DNA from: Psilocybe cubensis
Taxonomy: Eukaryota
Direction: 5' to 3'
DNA length: 64,000 nucleotides
Assembly (NCBI GenBank): GCA_017499595.2
Contig: CM038999.1
Span: forward strand, 496,001 to 560,000
The notes below the pieces were generated by a model, which had not been told where the DNA came from, ran no database searches, and saw only the letters and a list, made by a program, of their open reading frames with translations. Each line of letters begins with the position of its first letter. The stretch's first letter is position 1. Shown in pieces: positions 25,901 through 34,399 of this stretch. Both the position numbers and the translations under genes were made by a program.

Positions 25901-28779
25901 TTGCACTGCAATAAGAATGATACTATATCAGTGTGTTGCGCTAATCTTGGATGGTGTCTGCGGAGTAGTATCTCTTTTGTTATTTCGTCTAATGTAGTCT
26001 TTTCCAAGGTCTGCCCATTTATACCCATTCTGCAATTATTGTCTGATTTGGATTGACCTCGTTCAAGGTATTTCCAGCACGTTGCTTGGTGCTCGTGCCA
26101 TGCGTACTGATGTAAGATTCGCTCCAGGAAGAAGTCGAACTCGAGCCAAAATTGGTTTATATCGGTATAATTTTGTGGGGAAGGTGATTGTATTACACCT
26201 GGATGAGGATCACCTGTTTCAGTAGATAGTATTCGTCGGGGGTAATCGTTAGTCTGTTGTTCGGATCCTACTGAGTTTGGAAATTCACATTGAATTATAG
26301 ATTCGATCCACATGAACACTCTTGTTTGATAATGTATTGATCGGGTCATTTCATCGCGTAGTTTCTGGGGAGATAAGTGCCCGTGCAACCAAATCAGCAT
26401 GTGGCAATGTAATGTTCCTTTACCTTGTGCCTCGACAGTACCGTAGTACGCTGTACATTTGCCGTATAAACCATTTTCCTCGCGCCCGTATCGTAATATG
26501 ACGTTAATGAAGTTGTTTATCATTAGGTCAAAAAAACGTGCACATCCTGAAGGGTTCCGTGCTGCAAAGAGTGATCTTCTCCATTTCGTCCAGTCCTCTC
26601 CTCGTTCGATACTTTCCAATGAAATATCCTCACCCGCTAACAGACGTACGATAGGGTTGTCCACGTCAGACGGGTTGATAGTGATGAATAGTGTTGGTGT
26701 TCCTTTATTATTAATCAATGCCCTGATTTGGTTACGTAGAGTTAGTTTGTAGCCATCGCTCCCGGGTACGTGTTTTGATACCAGTCTGATCGAAGACAGT
26801 AGTCTAAAAGCTTCTTTTTCTTTTGTTTCTGTTGGTTTGTAATACGGATTTTTCTCACATTCTTTGGTTAAGTGACTTAACATGTCTAAATCGATATTTA
26901 ACAGTTCGTTAGCTATTTTCTTGTGTGACGATTGGGATACCAAGAAACGTAGACTCTGGGACACTAGTGCCTTCCGACATATGTTATAGAAAATAAACGC
27001 GAATTCTGGGTCTTTCGCAAACGGGCTGTCGTCTACTAAAAGAAGATGTTTGAGTTGTTCCTCCATGCTTATTTTAATCTTTCGTCCGGGATGGTAAAAC
27101 CCTCCGATACCCCAAGGGTCCAGATGGGGGAATAACCATGTCAAGATCGATGGATTTTGAAAGTCAGGTACCATACTAGATCCTGTACCAGAAGCCAGGA
27201 ATGGTTTCCCAGTGAGACATCTCTCCAAAGCAGTTGATTTCATAGTCAGGAATGCCTGTGGTGAGTTGTCTCCAGATGTATATCCTACATTTTCCATCAG
27301 TAATTCATTGTATAATTCGTCCTTTGAATTTTCATCCACATTTCGACATGTATAATCTGCGACGGCTGAGCTGATGGCGTCGTTATCGGTCATAGCGCCT
27401 ATATGTACGGCGTGTGGTATACCCTCGTCTTTGTCGTTGTCAAACAAAAGTCTCATATTCTCTTCGCTGTACTCGGTGCTCGCAGAGTATTCTGGATTTT
27501 CGGTTAATAGAAAGTGTATTATTGTCTTTACCCTCGATCTTCGGACTAAGGTAGGTTTATATCTGTGAATGGTCTTACGGTTAGGTAGATCTTTACCGAT
27601 GAATATAGCACACATTGTGTCCCTTATCGTGTCAGACGCAGGTGGTATAACATTGTTCATGCGTATCACGTCTAGCGGTGATACTAGAACGTTTCCTCTT
27701 ATACCTTTCCTAGCTCGACTCAACGTATTTTCGTTGTCGTCTTTGTCTTCTGTTTGTGTGGTGTGGTTCAATCTGCACGTGATTACACTGGACCGTGCTC
27801 GCGAACATAACATCCTGTCGAAGATAGTTGAATGTTCTATCGCCGTCTTCACGGTTTCTGGTAAACTTTCAATTCCATAATACATCCAGTTACACAAAGC
27901 AAATTTAGGCATAGTGAAGGCCGCTAGTGCTTTGTCACATTTTGGACAGAGACATAGCTTGCCAATACGATCACGGTATTCCATGCCTTTATAATGCAGT
28001 ATGGCCTTTCTGTAAATCTTGATATCATAAGTCTTAGGTAAAATTGAATCTGGCAAGTGTGGATTTTGTAGTAGATTCAGCTTGGTATTGTCTGGGTTTA
28101 CCCATATACAATCGCGCTTGAAAAACCTCAAAGCGCATGCCGCGCATACTACATTGGACAGTCTGTCCGTAGACATTTCTTGTTTCCATTCCCGTATAAT
28201 TTTTAATTTTTCATCTTTCCCGATAGGTTTAAGATGATCTTTGTCGATGGGGACCGCTTTAACTCGATTGGGTTGCTGTGATTCTGTAATCGTATCCGCG
28301 CAGTCTATACCAGGATTGTCTTGTGGTGGGTTGTTCAAATTTTCTTTGGCGACAGTTCGTCTTTCAAAATCGAAATTGCCACACCGTTCTTCGAAAATAC
28401 TGAATATATGTTGACGTGGTCTTGCCATGCATTTGAAAACATATATCAAGTTACTGCATTTGCTACTGCATTGGTGTTCAAATATCTTAGCGAATAGTTT
28501 GGGTTTAGTTAAACGGGAAAATTGTATGCCATGGGAATCGGCTATGGCTTTCATGTCATTCATAGTAAAATATCTGAACCAGAACATCAGTACAGAGATA
28601 CTGACAGTGAATACGAGATTTGTAGTGTCATTTATGTGTTTTATAGCGTCATCATGATAAAGCCATATTGTGGTGAACTTGTAATATTCGTTGAAACGTA
28701 ACACTTTAAGTTTTTCTACATATGGACGGCTATATTCGGGTTTGTACCTGTAGATATCGATATCTGAAATTTCGTCCAA
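22918..28779 (-). CDS. Helitron Rep/PIF1 helicase (RepHel) transposase
   Basis: 1953 open codons. N-terminal Cys clusters (CAAC...CPKC), Rep motifs PTLFITINP, HUH YGTVEAQGKGTLHCHMLIW and YVTDYITK. PIF1 motifs GVGGTGKS, LIIDETS, FGGINVIFMGDCAQLKP, YAYTDYKGQGRTL, YVMLSRV. The ORF begins at TTG, so the true start is probably in upstream exons (donors at ~28920 and ~29035). Confidence 0.96.
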   Translation of the reverse strand: MDEISDIDIYRYKPEYSRPYVEKLKVLRFNEYYKFTTIWLYHDDAIKHINDTTNLVFTVSISVLMFWFRYFTMNDMKAIADSHGIQFSRLTKPKLFAKIFEHQCSSKCSNLIYVFKCMARPRQHIFSIFEERCGNFDFERRTVAKENLNNPPQDNPGIDCADTITESQQPNRVKAVPIDKDHLKPIGKDEKLKIIREWKQEMSTDRLSNVVCAACALRFFKRDCIWVNPDNTKLNLLQNPHLPDSILPKTYDIKIYRKAILHYKGMEYRDRIGKLCLCPKCDKALAAFTMPKFALCNWMYYGIESLPETVKTAIEHSTIFDRMLCSRARSSVITCRLNHTTQTEDKDDNENTLSRARKGIRGNVLVSPLDVIRMNNVIPPASDTIRDTMCAIFIGKDLPNRKTIHRYKPTLVRRSRVKTIIHFLLTENPEYSASTEYSEENMRLLFDNDKDEGIPHAVHIGAMTDNDAISSAVADYTCRNVDENSKDELYNELLMENVGYTSGDNSPQAFLTMKSTALERCLTGKPFLASGTGSSMVPDFQNPSILTWLFPHLDPWGIGGFYHPGRKIKISMEEQLKHLLLVDDSPFAKDPEFAFIFYNICRKALVSQSLRFLVSQSSHKKIANELLNIDLDMLSHLTKECEKNPYYKPTETKEKEAFRLLSSIRLVSKHVPGSDGYKLTLRNQIRALINNKGTPTLFITINPSDVDNPIVRLLAGEDISLESIERGEDWTKWRRSLFAARNPSGCARFFDLMINNFINVILRYGREENGLYGKCTAYYGTVEAQGKGTLHCHMLIWLHGHLSPQKLRDEMTRSIHYQTRVFMWIESIIQCEFPNSVGSEQQTNDYPRRILSTETGDPHPGVIQSPSPQNYTDINQFWLEFDFFLERILHQYAWHEHQATCWKYLERGQSKSDNNCRMGINGQTLEKTTLDEITKEILLRRHHPRLAQHTDIVSFLLQCNMDIKFVGSGDAAKAFLYYVTDYITKASLPVHAGMAALSYAVSKAYSKMSANQSEISDNQTVGAIITAVNSMMGRQEISQPQVMSYLVGGGDHYTSHKFAILKWHSIRRFCMSHHTKSNQTPNNSTLDDVSNTNEQENEESVELNMGDRDITASNQRLDYCLRPANDKFIDLCLYDFVAWGIKQRYTKEMLHIETAVRLGSFLNDEHPEYFTHYMTIRRKSCIPIILGPSIPNPLKSDQLKDDWARDMLLLFKPWRDISDLKTPSETWTDTFHNYEISMKLEHTRIIQNMQALTECSEARDAHRQRRRGKTSEDVVSDEVQDIILTDTEGNTDTLNPNDVYSPDPFQCIENPNEDFTTNLHDSIDNIGEETSRFLDMCLPLDTTETAVDTEYQKSVPVNQQTLTSHEVDDLLASHRAIMKSKRKRAMLHEPDTDDITTPPKRYRNGNYAPIAKQAILQDLYDLSHNYNSITDTDTMNNIAEEMGLLNNPEQLKAFRIIGNHIITDNKEQLLIHIAGVGGTGKSHLIKCLIMLFERLHRRNELLLGAPTGIAAVLIGGQTLHSLIVSHANQSQAKPNKLKLIQIWKYIKTLIIDETSMISAKFLSEISIRIRQGKGDDVVNSNKPFGGINVIFMGDCAQLKPPLQKPLYANELVKNPSFAEARNVSGPSQLNGAFLWRQVKTVIQLVKNERHARDIKYALFLDRLRLGLCRSNINNIKSDNEQSDYHYIYNRLIQKQASNPKTLALFRDAPIIVGNKAVRDILNAKLIKYHSTKANISPHIYYSRDERHKKRITGEFQQILWRLPSTKTNDALGKLPLFIGMKVMITENIAFDDKIVNGTEGIVTDIKYEVDEKYRRYCKAVYVHVKGCGIQVDGLEKDVVPIFPSSTSIDVKYQKHIKLFDSFTRKQVPLIPAYAYTDYKGQGRTLDRVIVDLLTARGQGAYVMLSRVKSISGLLVLRWFPKNKIYNRLPEELRNELNRLDNIAKSDVEQSRPI

Positions 28780-29192
28780 CGCGTGAAATCGGAATTAATC
28801 CGTGTCAATTTAAATTCATTTAATATCAAGTTTCAAGTTTAACCAGATTTGAATTGGATACAAGGTGACGAATCGAATTTTTCATCAGCGATAATTCCCA
28901 TAGGTAAAACGATTACTTACCGCGTTGCAGAGTCGACGCTTTCAACGACGATACCGTGTTTTGTGTGTTAATATAAGTGGTCTGCGTTGTGTAATTTGAC
29001 AGATAGTTCTACTATAAGTTTTTGTAAGCGCTCACCATTCTTCAATATATCTGGAAATGGGTCTGTCGGGGCGTTGGTGTTGATTTTATCTGTTCTGGTC
29101 TTTTGTCTTATTTAAATAGGGTGTACTCGTTTATATAGAGTTTTGTCTGTGTATGGTATCTGGTACTGTTACTGAAATTCGTTCAATGATTC

Positions 29193-29604
29193 TTTAATTG
29201 GGTCCAGTCACGAACTGTTCATGTAACACCAAGTAGGCGACACTTTGTCCGCCGTGTGTTGTTATTTTGTTTGGTTGTTAGATCATATGAGTAATAGCAA
29301 CTATCACGCTAACTAGTCAGCACTTTTACCCATCGTGGGAGGAAGTGTACGTGTTTATGTTTACGTGATGACGTATGCAAGTATTACTGTCACTTAGCTT
29401 GTGTTTAATTGGGTCCAGTCACGAACTGCTCACGTAACACCAAGTAAGCAACACTTTGTCCGCCGTGTGTTGTTATTTTGTTTGGTTGTCAGATCATATG
29501 AGTAATAGCAACTATCACGCTAACTAGCCAGCACTTTTACCCATCGTGGGAGGAAGTGTACGTGCTTATGTTTACGTGATGATGTATGCAAGTCTTAGCT
29601 CGTG
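29193..29604 (+). repeat. Tandem duplication, period 211 bp, two near-identical copies
   Basis: tttaattgggtccagtcacgaactg... starts at 29193 and at 29404, with only scattered substitutions through ...gtatgcaagt. Confidence 0.92.
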
Positions 29605-29717
29605 TTGTAAGTGACGGTGTATTGCATTCTGAGTCTCTTTATGTGTAAACCGCGACGTAGATTTAAGGTCAGGTCGTCAGACAGAGTCAGTGTGCACAAG
29701 TTCACAGCTCCATTGTT

Positions 29718-31032
29718 ATGGCGAATCTTGGTGAGCGCCTCAAATGTCGCGGTTTGTTGTGTTTGTAATGTTATGATAGAGATTCATAGGTTCTCTCCCG
29801 CTCGAATTCTTATTCTTGATGTGCAGGAGCGACTACTCGCTAAGGATTCGCGGCGTTTTGTTCTCTTTCCCATTCGGTACATTAAGGTGTTGTTGTTAAT
29901 GTAACATTTTTTCCTTCGGGACTAACTTTGTTTGAATTGCCTTGGAACTGCCCTGTTCAGATTTGGAAAGCATACTTGCATGCTGTGACGACGTTATGGG
30001 AAGCACGTTGTGCTGGTTTATCACGTGACTCTAAGGATTGGACTGAGTGTCTGTCATTCCAACAACGATGCGGTGGCATCTTCTTTTTCAAACTTTCTAT
30101 TGCTTCTCATGGGATACATAAGCGACTATTGGATATAATCTCCAAAGAAATTACAGTCCCAGAAGCACATTGCTATTTCAGTTTCCAGTCGGTCAAGTGG
30201 GTGTGAATTTTTTATACATGGATTTATCTCAGGATTCGATTAACAACGTTCTAACAGTGAAAACGTCCACCAGGAGGCGATGGCCAAGATTACGCACGGT
30301 CTCACAGGAATTCGAATGGACGATTGCGTCGATGAATGGGAACTCTTGCGTCCAAAGGAAAAATTTATGAATATTTGGACGAGATCTTCCGTGTATCCTT
30401 TCTCTGAGAGGTTGCTCGTTTTTATATTCATTCAAGGAATATTTGGTATTTCTCTGTCCCGGCTTCTACAATGGTTTTCTGGCAAAGATTACCTCCCAAC
30501 TATGGTATCTACTTACACCCGGATCTTCAATGACAGGGAATGTCATGTAGACTTTGTCTCGCTGCTTTTTTATCATTTGAAAAGGCGTCCGTTAACCAGT
30601 TTTGTCAACGAATTCGTCGGGACCATTGTTAAAATCGAAAAAAAATTCGGCAGTGGTATGATAATGGTTTGTTTTTTAATGGTCCGTGTCTGATTAGCAT
30701 GCTGAATATTATAGATTTGCTGGACCTTTCCGAGATAGACATTCCATTAGACGACCTGAATCGGTACGTGGAATGCAAAGCAGACGCCCTTCTGGTGTCT
30801 CTTGGGTACAAGCAATTGTACGGTACATGTAACAAAGTATGACATTGTTTGTCTGAATTTGGGATTCAGTTGACGAGTTTTTAGGGGATCGATGATCTTA
30901 TCCCTATCGTCCCTGGGGAACTGAAAGCTGGTTTTTTTTCTCGAGGAGATGGCGCTGGCGTATATCCCCCCAACTATGGAAGACGCTATTTTAGACGGAC
31001 AGTTCGGTAATCATCTCCTTGACCTTTCTTGA
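29718..31032 (+). CDS. Highly diverged ribonucleotide reductase small (R2/beta) subunit homolog, predicted catalytically dead
   Basis: Six exons collinear with RNR2: ERLLAKDSRRFVLFPIRY / IWKAY...PEAHCYFSFQ / ENVHQEAM...FSERLLVFIFIQGIF...NDRECHVDF...YHLKRRP / YVECKADALLVSLG / KAGFF. A T8 run at 30932-30939 may shift the frame of the final codons. Confidence 0.85.
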
Positions 31033-31333
31033 ACATGTTATATGGTTTATTCATACTTTTTGTTGATGTAATATCTATGTACCCGCTACTGAAGGGTAAA
31101 TCCTAGACACCGTGGAATAATACAACTTCCTGTTGAAATTAAACCCTTGTCATAGAGTTCTGGATGGGAAGGTGAATACTGTTTCATTCCAATTATCCGT
31201 CTGTGGTGATTTTGCGCTCTTTAGACTGTATGCCCAGTATCAATCTCGGAAAACTCCAAGCGCGTGGCAATCTATCAGTTCATATTACTGTGACTATCCA
31301 CCCAACCAATGTCCACTTATTATGCTGTGACTA

Positions 31334-31490
31334 ATGTACTCCCACCCCGCGCCCGCGCAGGCGCAGGCGGCACAGCCCAAAGCACCTGAAAACGAGCTCT
31401 TCTCGTTCGACTTCCACGCACCGTCTCTGGTGCAGAACACGGCTGTGATGGAGCAGCCGAAGAAAGACGTGAAGCAGAATATTTTGTCGT
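31334..31490 (+). pseudogene. GC-rich captured exon fragment resembling the C-terminal region of fungal Age2/SMAP-type ArfGAP
   Basis: ENELFSFDFHAP...PKKDVKQNILS, an isolated GC-rich island with no ArfGAP zinc finger nearby. Confidence 0.45.
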
Positions 31491-31676
31491 TTACATTAAT
31501 CAGCGTTTGTACGCTGCCTCTGTTTTCTTGTGATTATGATAGACATTAAAATTTCATGTAGACTGTAGGTTGTACAGACTTTCTCATGCTTGGATTAGGG
31601 TATGTACCTCAATGGGTATCTTGGTATCGCTGTGCTTTTCTATACCGCTTCACTGGCGGACTCGTGTTACTCTAGG

Positions 31677-33500
31677 AGAAGATGGTATGTATGAAGATGT
31701 TCTACGCTTTTGGATGGACAAAGACAAAGAAGGCAACACACCCGACGCGTTGCAGGAGGTTATCGAGCATCTCATGTACCAAGGAAAGGCCTGTCCTCAT
31801 CTATACTCGCTTGTTCTGAGGTTCTTGACCTCGACGCCGGAGCTGCTTAACCGACATCAAACTGGTTTGAAGGACATCCTGGAGCATATCGACGATGTGC
31901 AATTGATTCTCCTTGGGAGTCTTACAAGTTTTGAGTCGAAATGGAGTGGCGAGTGTCGGTTTAATGAAGCAATGGTTGATCAAGACGATCAAGGAAAGTA
32001 GGAGTGAAATTCAGAATGTAAGTTTCCCTTTCTATTTAATCTGTTCGTTGTTTTTCCTTTCGTAGGATCAAGCTCTCACGAAATCGTATCGTCTGGAGAT
32101 CGTTGACAGGATAAAGCAATTTGCTGAATTGACAAACACAGAAGAGTCTCGGGTGTTCTATGACAAGGTGCTCCAGTTACATCGACCAGCTCGATCTTCC
32201 CAGCGTGCACTTCATGTGTAACCGTTCTTATCATCCATGGTATGTATTGTGTGTATATCTTCTTCTGCGTGTCTTCTGTACGTGTATTCCTCTAATTGCC
32301 ATTCGCTTGCTCGTAGGTACATCGCGGACGGGCACTGGAAAATGTCAGTGCAATGTCAGTGCGGTCAGTGCATGTCAGTGCATACCACAGCAATGTCAGT
32401 GTAAACTGCAGTGATGTCAGTGCAGTGTCAGTGCATGTTTCAAATCATCTATAAATTGGTCAGGGTGTGTCAGTGCGTCCTGGGTTATGTTAGTGCGTTG
32501 GTTAGTTCATTGTGTGGTGGCAAAGTTTTTACTTGTTAGATTGAAAGTCGTGGGCCGTGAGAAAGTTAACTTAGGGAGGATTAAAACATACAGTCTCGGA
32601 ATTTATGGGCCAGACATGGCTAAATAACAAGATATAGAAGTAGACATATATTTTCTACATTTTCAAATAACGATCCGGTGTACTAAATCAAGCATAGATG
32701 TTGGAAAATGAATGAATTATGCTGGAATCATTAGATAGACGCCTCAGAGTATCCCTGTGTATAAATGATCCAATATGCTTGTTTGACAATGATTTGGGAT
32801 CATACTTGGCTGCAGGCGCAACAATGCTTTGAAATATTGGCCTTAGCTTGGGTGCGGTTTTTTAGTAGGGAGGACGTCCCTATGACACAGCTAAAAGGGA
32901 AAGGGAACTAGAAAGTCCCATCGGTGCATCCTAGTTGAGCAGGTCTTTGGGACAGCTGATGGACCAGAGGTAATTCATACCAGTCTACCTACCTACCATT
33001 GTGTTCTTCGTTTGAAATAAAAGATAACATGATTATAAGGTAAAAATAATGTCAGTGCATCGTCAGTGCACCATTACTGAAAGTCAGTTTATGTCAGTGC
33101 ATGTGAGTGCACCGTCAGTGCATGTGAGTGCATCGTCAGTGCATGTAAGTGCACCGTCAGTGCATGTCAGTGCACAGTCAGTGCAAATGCTTGGCGGTCA
33201 GTGCATGTGTCAGTGCATCAACTCTTGGCAGTCAGTGTTAAAATAATTCTAGGAGGATACTAGATTTCCAGACACTTAAAATCCGGTCAAAATCCATCTA
33301 AGTAATCCTGCAATAAACATAGTTTTATTGTATAGAAGTACAGACTTCAATTTTTTCACAAATCCTAAGTGATGTCAGTGCATGTCAGTGCATAGACATT
33401 ATATTGTCAGTGAATGTCAGTGCCGACGTGCACTTACATGCACTGACATGCACTGACATTTCTTGTTGCCCATCGCGGACAACGAAGTCGGTAATAACAT
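31677..33500 (+). pseudogene. VPS11: Vps11/Pep5 C-terminal fragment (intron-retaining, frameshifted, split by a MITE)
   Basis: MYEDVLRFWMDK...LYSLVLRFLTSTPELL; QVLSRNGVASVGLMKQWL; DQALTKSYRLE; RING remnant TRCSS...LDLPSVHFMCNRSYH. IAD/NE continues across the MITE. Confidence 0.75.
32330..33471. mobile_element. Non-autonomous Mutator-like (MULE) MITE, 1142 bp
   Basis: 9-bp TSD atcgcggac at 32321-32329 and 33472-33480. Imperfect TIRs gggcactggaaaatgtcagtgca / tgcactgacatttcttgttgccc. Dozens of gtcagtgca(t) motifs. Confidence 0.9.
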
Positions 33501-34302
33501 GGAGATTTGTTTGAAGGGCGGTGGTGTTATACCAACGTCTGTCTGTCCGGAATGCGGTGAAGCTAATAGAGGAGTATTTCACATGTTGCTTGACACAAAT
33601 ACTGTAGATTCACGTTTCGAAGGAATCCTCAGGGACATGGGCGTCACTGATCGAGTTTTCTACTGACACAGACAGTGTATCTCATGACAAACGTGGTCTT
33701 ATATTTCTGAACCTGGTGAAATGATAGTTTAAATAAATAAATGTCATATGCAATGAAGCTCATGTACTTTGTACTGAATCGCGAACGATCGCAAAGCAAC
33801 CTCCATCAACTTAAATAATTCCCGTGATTGAAAGGAAGTGGGTTTTGTGGTTTTTTTTTTAATCGCCAAATTTTGGCGCGTTGGGTCGTGTCTCTGCAAC
33901 CATTTACATAAACTCATACGTTTCACGGTCAAATTCGGTCCGCTGATCCTCTTTTTCCTTGTGCAGTTTCCGTGTGGCAATGTTTTGTTTCACGAACTCT
34001 TTCGTTGTTGACCCATGTATCGTTGCTTATGGTCTGCTTTTATATTGAGATAGCCTCCAGGCCTGTGTCTGTCCCGTTTGACTCTGTAAATACCCATTCT
34101 TTACTGTTTCGCTTTCCTTTAAATTTCTACGCTTGTTCTTCGTTGTATCGCTGCTATTGACCATTTTTAACAGTGACATCACTCCTAACCTATCTCTTAC
34201 GTCTGCTGTGCGATTTGTCGTATTGTCGGAGGAGTTAGATGTCGACTCAGTCATTGGCGATAGTTAGTTGCCTGTTTGTGAAGTGTATAAGGTGCGTGTC
34301 TG

Positions 34303-34353
34303 TTTTTTTTTTTTTTTTTTTTAGTTGTATTCTAATCCTCAATACCTGATTAT

Positions 34354-34397
<44 letters not shown>
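34303..34397 (-). repeat. Two poly(T) tracts (20 and 43 nt), possible retroposed poly(A) tails
   Basis: T runs at 34303-34322 and 34355-34397, followed by a duplicated ~31-bp motif cctac.aattgcttaat..catgccttacaa. Confidence 0.75.

Positions 34398-34399
<2 letters not shown>

Noticed and set aside
23153-28657. Plus-strand ORFs overlapping RepHel
   Set aside because: Antisense shadows of the long coding frame.
32340-33460. gtcagtgcat arrays as a CRISPR or telomeric repeat, and the SVHVSAP ORFs
   Set aside because: Eukaryotic context, no unique spacers, not TTAGGG-like. Explained as MITE internal repeats, and the ORFs are translation by-products.
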